NCBI RefSeq assembly: GCF_032444005.1
Contig: NC_091284.1
Span: forward strand, 102,052,001-102,116,000
Reading direction: 5' to 3'
Length of the DNA: 64,000 nt
Source of the DNA: Ranitomeya imitator
Taxonomy: Eukaryota
Part shown: positions 57,674 to 64,000 of the stretch, piece by piece
Layout: every line of letters starts with the position of its first letter
Position numbering within the stretch: position 1 is the stretch's first letter
Translations under genes and position numbers: made by a program
Notes under the pieces: model-generated
The model's database searches: none
What the model was told of the DNA's origin: nothing
The model's input: the letters and a program-made list of their open reading frames with translations, nothing else

Positions 57674-57890
57674 GCCGGCCACGACCAATCAGTGATATTG
57701 GCTCAAGATTTAAACCCTGCTGCGCTGATTGGTCGCGCCTGGCTGGCCGCAACCAATCAGTGATATTGGCGCGGGATTTAAACACCGCTTCACTGATAAT
57801 GTATATATTTTACCCGTAAAATCCTGTGCATTCATTGCATTATTCTTAAATCTTCATAAATAAACTACATACATATTCTACAATACCTGA

Positions 57891-60408
57891 CAGTGGGGTA
57901 TCCAGGGGGGGGCAGCCGGGGCATGTGCCCCGGGTGCAGCCGACAGGGGGCGCCAGCGGGGCCGCCTGAATCCTGATGATGCGGCATTGCATTGCGGTGG
58001 TGTCCAAGCCAGGCTCCTCGTCAGCATTCTGCCACCCCCACAGTCTGACATAATCCTTGGAAGTTCGTTCTCTGAGCCGGCTGAAATTGACAGCCGGCTC
58101 AGAGACAGTACAGCTGCTGCGCGGCGCTACGGCGCTACCAGCCAGGTTCGGCTTGCCGCCGCTTGCCTTGTTGTGAGACGAGGGAGTCCCTTCCCTTCTG
58201 TTTAAGCCAGCGCCTGCACCTGTGCGCCCTGCCCTGACAACCGCTGTCCGTTGAGAGGCGCTGACCGCTGCTGGCACTTCCGCATCAGGAAAGCGCCAGC
58301 AGCGGGTGACGTCACTGAGCGTGTGACAGGCTGCTGTGCTGCTCCTTCGTTCGTTGTGCCGGTGTTCTGTGCGGGCGGATGTAGTGGTGTAATTGCATTG
58401 GATGGTGATGTCGGTCGGGCGAGGTGCCAGTGGGCGGTGGTAAGTGCTCCAGACCGCTGCAGTGGAGACCAGGTAATGGAGCTGAAGTCACTCTGAAGAC
58501 GACCGAATCTTCAGAATCATTCATCATGAAATGAGCCTGCCTGGCGCCTGTATGCATGATAAGGGGGAGGGGGAGGGAGCAGCGGCCAGCCCTGGGGCAA
58601 CGCAAAAATGGGTATGTGTCACTTGACTTGTGAGTGAGTCTGAGGACTGTGAAGCAAAGCCTTAGCCAGGGGGGCAGCAGGCAGCTCTGGATGAAAGACT
58701 GAACATATCATGATATGGGGGAGATGCGGATGGGGGCAGCACAAACAGGACATTATGGGGGCTGCGGGGCACAATTATCAGGACAGTATGGGAGCTGCGG
58801 GGCACAATTATCAGGACAGTATGGGGGCACAAGTGACAAATCAGGACAGTATGGGGCACAAATGAAATCTGGACATTATGGGGGCACAAATGAAATCTGG
58901 ACATTATGGGGGCACAAATCAGGATAGTATGGGGGCACAAATGAGAGCTGGACATGGACACTATGGGGGCACAAATGAAATCTGGACATTATGGGGGCAC
59001 AAGTGAGATCTGGACATTATGGGGGCACAAATCTGGACAGTATGTCATGGAGATGTGGGTGTTAAATGTGTGGGGTGATATTTGGAGTGGGGATGGGGGG
59101 ATTTAATGTGTGGGGGAGATTTGTCATGGGGATGGGTGTGTTTAATGTGTGGGGTGATATTTGGAGTGGGGATGGGGGATTTAATGTGTGGGGGAGATTT
59201 GAGGACACAAAATGAAGAGCAAAGGGGGAGATGGGGGGCATGTATGAGGAAACAATAATGGGGATTGGGGGGCATATATGAGGAAACAGTATGGGGGATA
59301 GGTGCAGACAGTTTGGGGAGCAAACAGGGGAATGTATGTGGACAGAGTAGGGGAGTGAGGGTGTTGGGATGTGTGCATGCGTAGCATGGGGGAACAGTGT
59401 AAGGGCACAGCCAGGAGGGGACAGTATACCAAGGAGGGGGAGTGTGATGAGAGAGTACAGTATAAATACTAGGTCCTAGGCGGGCACAGTGTGAGAGGAC
59501 AGTGTGAAAATGGGGGCCGGTATGGAAAGGGGAGGTCCGTGTAAACAGCATGTACCATAAGAGGGACAGTGTGGGGATCATATTTTATGCGGACAATATA
59601 GTGAGTGGCAATTTTTCATTCAGGAGCATTATAATGACACTTGTATCTTTAAGGGCATCATGTGGAGATTTTCTGCAAAAGAGCGCAGAAGATGAAAGTC
59701 TGCAGAGACGTCTGTGGATGAGAAAACTCATCATGGGGTCTGGACAAGATGAAGAAGAGGAGAATGGCTCAAGAGATGACACCAGTTATAAGGTACCTGG
59801 ATGTAAATGTTATTTGCGATACTGACTAACTCTCATGTTTTTATTTATGTTAGGAGCATTAAAGGGGATGCCCAGGTTTGTAATGAGTCTGCAGTCATTC
59901 TTTGTGACTGCAGACTTCTGAGTTCTCACTGTGCGCACTGCACGCTGTCAGGATTCTCTGGTGCTGGTGATTTACGTACATGCGATCACGTGCCGACTAG
60001 ACATGTGTGGCCTCGCTCAATGAAAATGAACTCAGTGAGGTCAGGCACGTCTAGTCGAAATGTGGTCAGAAGTATACAAATCACATACTTGTGCTGACAT
60101 GACTGTCCACCAGCAAGGGAGAATCCTAAAAGTGTGCAGTGCATTAGTTGTGAGAATTCAGTAGCTGCGATGTCAGGATTCAGCTCTGCAGGTTCCAGTA
60201 GTCACTCATATGCGATTTTCATACTTGTGGTCCTGTGACATCGAGCTTCTCTTCCCGCTTCTCTCAGTTTTTCACTGAATATTGAGAGCATTAGGGAGAG
60301 GAGCTCGTCGGTACATGACTAAGTGTGCAAATCGCATATGTCCTTGGGAGGGGGGGGCGCCAAAATGAATTCTTGCCCCGGGTGCCAGAAACCCTACATA
60401 TGCCTCTG
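57891..60408. mobile_element. hAT-type non-autonomous element (2518 bp) with minisatellites
   Basis: Termini cagtggggtatc / catatgcctctg; 8-bp TSD atacctga / ataccaga. The corresponding site in the other foldback arm is empty (atacccga). Confidence 0.8.
58730..59210. repeat. Minisatellites (about 28 bp ggacattatgggggcacaaatgaaatct; then about 60 bp G-rich)
   Basis: Visible directly. Confidence 0.85.
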
Positions 60409-61657
60409 ATACCAGATGCGTTAGAATCGGTTCCCATCAAGTATTTAATAACTGCGTAATCAAATTGAGCTGGAAAACCATATTGCCAGGTATGTTTTAC
60501 TATATAGTGAACATGATACACGAAACAAAAAACAATTGTGGAATTGCAGTTTTTTCCAATAAATGGTGTTGTTCAAACATACAATTCATCCTGCTAAAAA
60601 CAAGCCCTGATATGTCTATGTGAACGGAAAAGTAAAAAAGTTATGATTTTTGGAAAAAGGGGAGGAAAAAATTAAAACCAAAAATCAGAAATTGGCTACG
60701 GTGTGAAGGGCTTAAGTCAGTAGTCGATAATCCAGTTGACCTGCGATCTGCCTCGGTGTTCCATTTTGTGGCAAGCCCTGTTTTGTGATAAACAATCAAG
60801 TAGAGCCTCATATTGAGAAACTGGAACCACAAACCCGTGTGCCATGCAAGTTTGTTTTTGTAAGCGTGATGTTTAGATATACCTGTGCCACGTAAAGGTT
60901 TTGTCCCCCTGCCTTTTTTGCTCCTCCATTCCTTACATGCATGGTACAAGTGTATTTTATTTCACTTCCTGAAATTCTTTTCTTCATCTTATTAACTAGT
61001 GTGCAGTATTGAGCAAAACAAAAAATTCCATAACTGTGATCATCACTGGCTAAAGTCCACACGTGTAGCAGAGAGATCTCAGTTCTATGGCATTTAATAT
61101 TTAAACCCCTTTGCACCTGGGATTGCAAAACACAACAGTGCAATGGAGAATAAAAGCATGGCTACTTTCTTGCAAAAATAGCACCACACGTATCCACAGG
61201 CTGTGTGCGGTATCGCAGCTCTGCTCTATTCCCTTCAATGAAGAAAGCAGACAAATTTGTGTGGATACGTTCATACATCCATGTGAATGTTGCCATTTGT
61301 GAGAAATGAACCATTTTTTCTCATACATCATTCTGGTTGCATCTGTGTTTCCCCTTTTTTTCTTGACACTCTCACTGCAGGAATGAATGTGTCACATGGA
61401 TTTATGTCTGTTTACATCAACTAAGGAACTTGCCCTTCAGACTATGAGGGGTCATCACAACAGAACCAGACCCCCAATAAAACAATCCGTATCTAAGAGC
61501 TGGCCCAATATTTATGGACATAACTGTTTATCACTCATGGTAATTCTGCTTCATGTCACCTGTCTTATCCATGGTCTGTCTTATCCATGGTTTTTCCCTT
61601 TTTTTTCTGTGCTATGTTGTGCATAAATATGTGATTCTTCAGAATTTGTTTCAGTCT

Positions 61658-61698
61658 TTGCCTGATGAAGAGACCTGTGTAGTCTCGAAAGCTTGCAA
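61658..61698 (+). ncRNA. Minimal type-I hammerhead ribozyme motif with canonical core
   Basis: UUGC CUGAUGA A GAGAC-CUGUGUA-GUCUC GAAA GC UU GCAA: stem I UUGC/GCAA, 5-bp stem II, palindromic AAGCUU. Confidence 0.8.
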
Positions 61699-63599
61699 TT
61701 TGTTACCATCTTTTCAGTTAGCCATTAAAAGGTATCAACCACTGAGGACTCTCAATTCTAAATATTTTTTACATATAATGGGGACATTTAGATTTCTGTT
61801 TTCTTATCCACTGCTTGTTTTGGTTTAAAGTATACAAGATGTAATTCATTAAACAGCAAAAACCTTCTCAACCATTGTAACTGTCTAAGGGACTAATGGA
61901 GATAGATAAAAAACACGTACCCAATAAAGTTACCATAATTTGAGATTCATGTGAACAGTTTAAAAAAATAAATAAGTAATGGCAGAATTTCATTTCATAA
62001 TTTTAAAAAGTTTTGACATATTAAATACCAATTAACTAACTAACTAATTAACTAACTAACTAACTAATAAATACACCAAAATTATACCTACAAATCTGCA
62101 ACACATTATTTAAAAAACAAGGCTTCAAATAGCCTTGTAAATTGTCATAAAGTAGTCATAAAAGTAGTAGTCATAAAAATTACTTAACTTATGGAAAATG
62201 TAACAAATTATTAAAAAAAAAAATCACAAAATTGGGATTAAAGTTACATTCACACATCCACATGAAATGTCCATGTGATGTCTGATATTTTTTTTTTACC
62301 CACACAGAGATCCATAGAGATTCATGGAAATATGACACATACATGAAAATTACAAACCACAAAGTATGAGATCAGTGAGACTCAGAGCAGGTCCTGTTCT
62401 GGTTCTTTTATGGATCAGTCTCAGACATACAAGTCAATGGAGATCCATGGCTTCCAATTTGCTTATGTTTTGGTTCCATGTCTCACGGATCCGTGGCTTA
62501 GTGATCAATTTGAAAAAAACTTTCACTTGCCTTATTATTTGCTTGGCAACAAACACATCTCTTTAGTGGAAAAAAATGTATAAGAACACAGATGCAATCA
62601 GAATGATGTATGAGAAAAAATGGTTCATTTCTCACAAATGGCAACATGCACATGGATGTATGAACGTATCCACACAAATTTGTCTGCTTTCTTCATTGAA
62701 GGGAATAGAGCAGAGCTGCGATACCGCACACAGCCTGTGGATACGTGTGGTGCTATTTTTGCAGGAAAGTAGCCATGCTTTTATTCTCCATTGCACTGTT
62801 GTGTTTTGCAATCCCAGGTGCAAAGGGGTTTAAATATTAAATGCCATAGAACTGAGATCTCTCTGCTACACGTGTGGACTTTAGCCAGTGATGATCACAG
62901 TTATGGAATTTTTTTTTTTGCTCAATACCGCACACTAGTTAATAAGATGAAGAAAAGAATTTCAGGAAGTGAAATAAAATACACTTGTACCATGCATGTA
63001 AGGAATGGAGCAGCAAAAAAGGCAGGGGGACAAAACCTTTACGTGGCACAGGTATATCTAAACAAATTTGCATGGCACACAAGTTTGTGGTTCCAGTTTC
63101 TCATTATGAGACTCTACTTGATTGTTTATCACAAAAAAGGGCTTGCCACACAAAGGAACAGCAAGGCAGATCGCAGGTCAACTGGATTATCGACTACTGA
63201 CTTAACCCCTTCACACCGCAGCCAATTTCCGATTTTTGGTTTTAATTTTTCCTCCCCTTTTTCCAAAAATCATAACTTTTTAACTTTTCCGTTCATATAG
63301 ACATATCAGGGCTTGTTTTTAGCAGGATGAATTGTATGTTTGAACAACACCATTCATTTGAATAAACTGCAATTCCACAATTGTTTTTTTTTGTTTTATA
63401 TTTATCATGTTCACTATATAGTAAAACATAACTGGCAATATGGTTTTCCAGCTCAATTTGATTACGCAGCTATTAAATACTTGATGGTGGCCTGATTCTA
63501 ACGCATCGGGTATTCTAGAATATGTATGTAGTTTATTTATGAAGATTTAAGAATAATGCAATGAATACACAGGATTTTCCGGATAAAATATATACATTA

Positions 63600-64000
63600 T
63601 CAGTGAAGCGGTGATTAAATCCCGCGCCAATATCACTGATTGGTTGCGGCCGGCTGGGCGCGACCAATCGGCGCAGCGGGGTTTAAATCTAGAGCCAATA
63701 TCGCTGATTGGTCGTGGCCGGCCGGGGCAATCAATCAGTGAAGCGTGGTTCAAATCCAGCGCCAATTTACTGCCGTACTGCGCCTGTCGCTGATTGGTCG
63801 CTGCTGGCTGGGCGCAACCATTCAGCACAGCAAGGTTTAAATCCCGAGCTAATATCGCTGATTGGTTGCAGCCGGCCGGGCGCGACCGGCTGGGCGTGAC
63901 CAATCAGTGAAGCAGTGTTTAAATCCCGTACCAATATCGCTGATTAGTCGCAGCCAGCCGGGCGACACCAATGGCGAGACCAATCAGCGACACGGGATTT
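63600..64000. repeat. Tandem CCAAT/ATTGG-rich hairpin units of about 60-70 bp
   Basis: Repeated gcgaccaatcagtgaagc...tttaaatccc...ccaatatcgctgattgg. A shorter inverted counterpart is at 57674-57795. Confidence 0.8.

Larger units (their letters stand above)
55660..64000. mobile_element. Large foldback element (Harbinger-like left terminus) with nested insertions; right arm runs off the window
   Basis: TTA|ggctggtttcacatttgcg at 55660. 60409-61349 is the reverse complement of 62585-63512, and 57674-57890 is the reverse complement of about 63505-63725. Including 55660-56432 in the same element is inferred. Confidence 0.7.

Noticed and set aside
62791-63300. 169-aa ORF mirrored by ORFs at 60641-61331
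   Set aside because: It reflects the inverted arms of the foldback. The frame is not preserved between arms and no domain is recognisable.

Overview
This is repeat-saturated vertebrate DNA, most likely from an anuran (frog), inferred from the slc13a2 peptide and the repeat types. The only host gene I can support is slc13a2 (NaDC1-type Na+/dicarboxylate cotransporter) on the minus strand. Coding exon 1 is at 51863-51964 and exon 2 at 777-905, separated by a 50,957-bp intron 1. Most of the rest is nested mobile DNA: a two-LTR chromodomain Ty3/Gypsy element with an integrase-core deletion, several solo LTRs, at least six Tc1 copies or remnants (one of DD38E type), a nearly intact hAT transposon, two CR1 fragments, TTAA-flanked piggyBac-like and T2-like non-autonomous elements, many hAT and Harbinger MITEs, and a large foldback element running off the right edge. 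The most interesting layer is a set of Penelope-like retroelements (PLEs) and their pseudo-LTR (pLTR) fragments carrying minimal type-I hammerhead ribozyme motifs. The three best-preserved motifs use three different Watson-Crick pairs at core positions 3-8 (C-G, U-A, A-U). One lies sense inside slc13a2 intron 1, downstream of a perfect 132-nt antisense copy of its own 3' half that is transcribed first. All coordinates, folds and counts were read by eye; no alignment, folding or database search was run.
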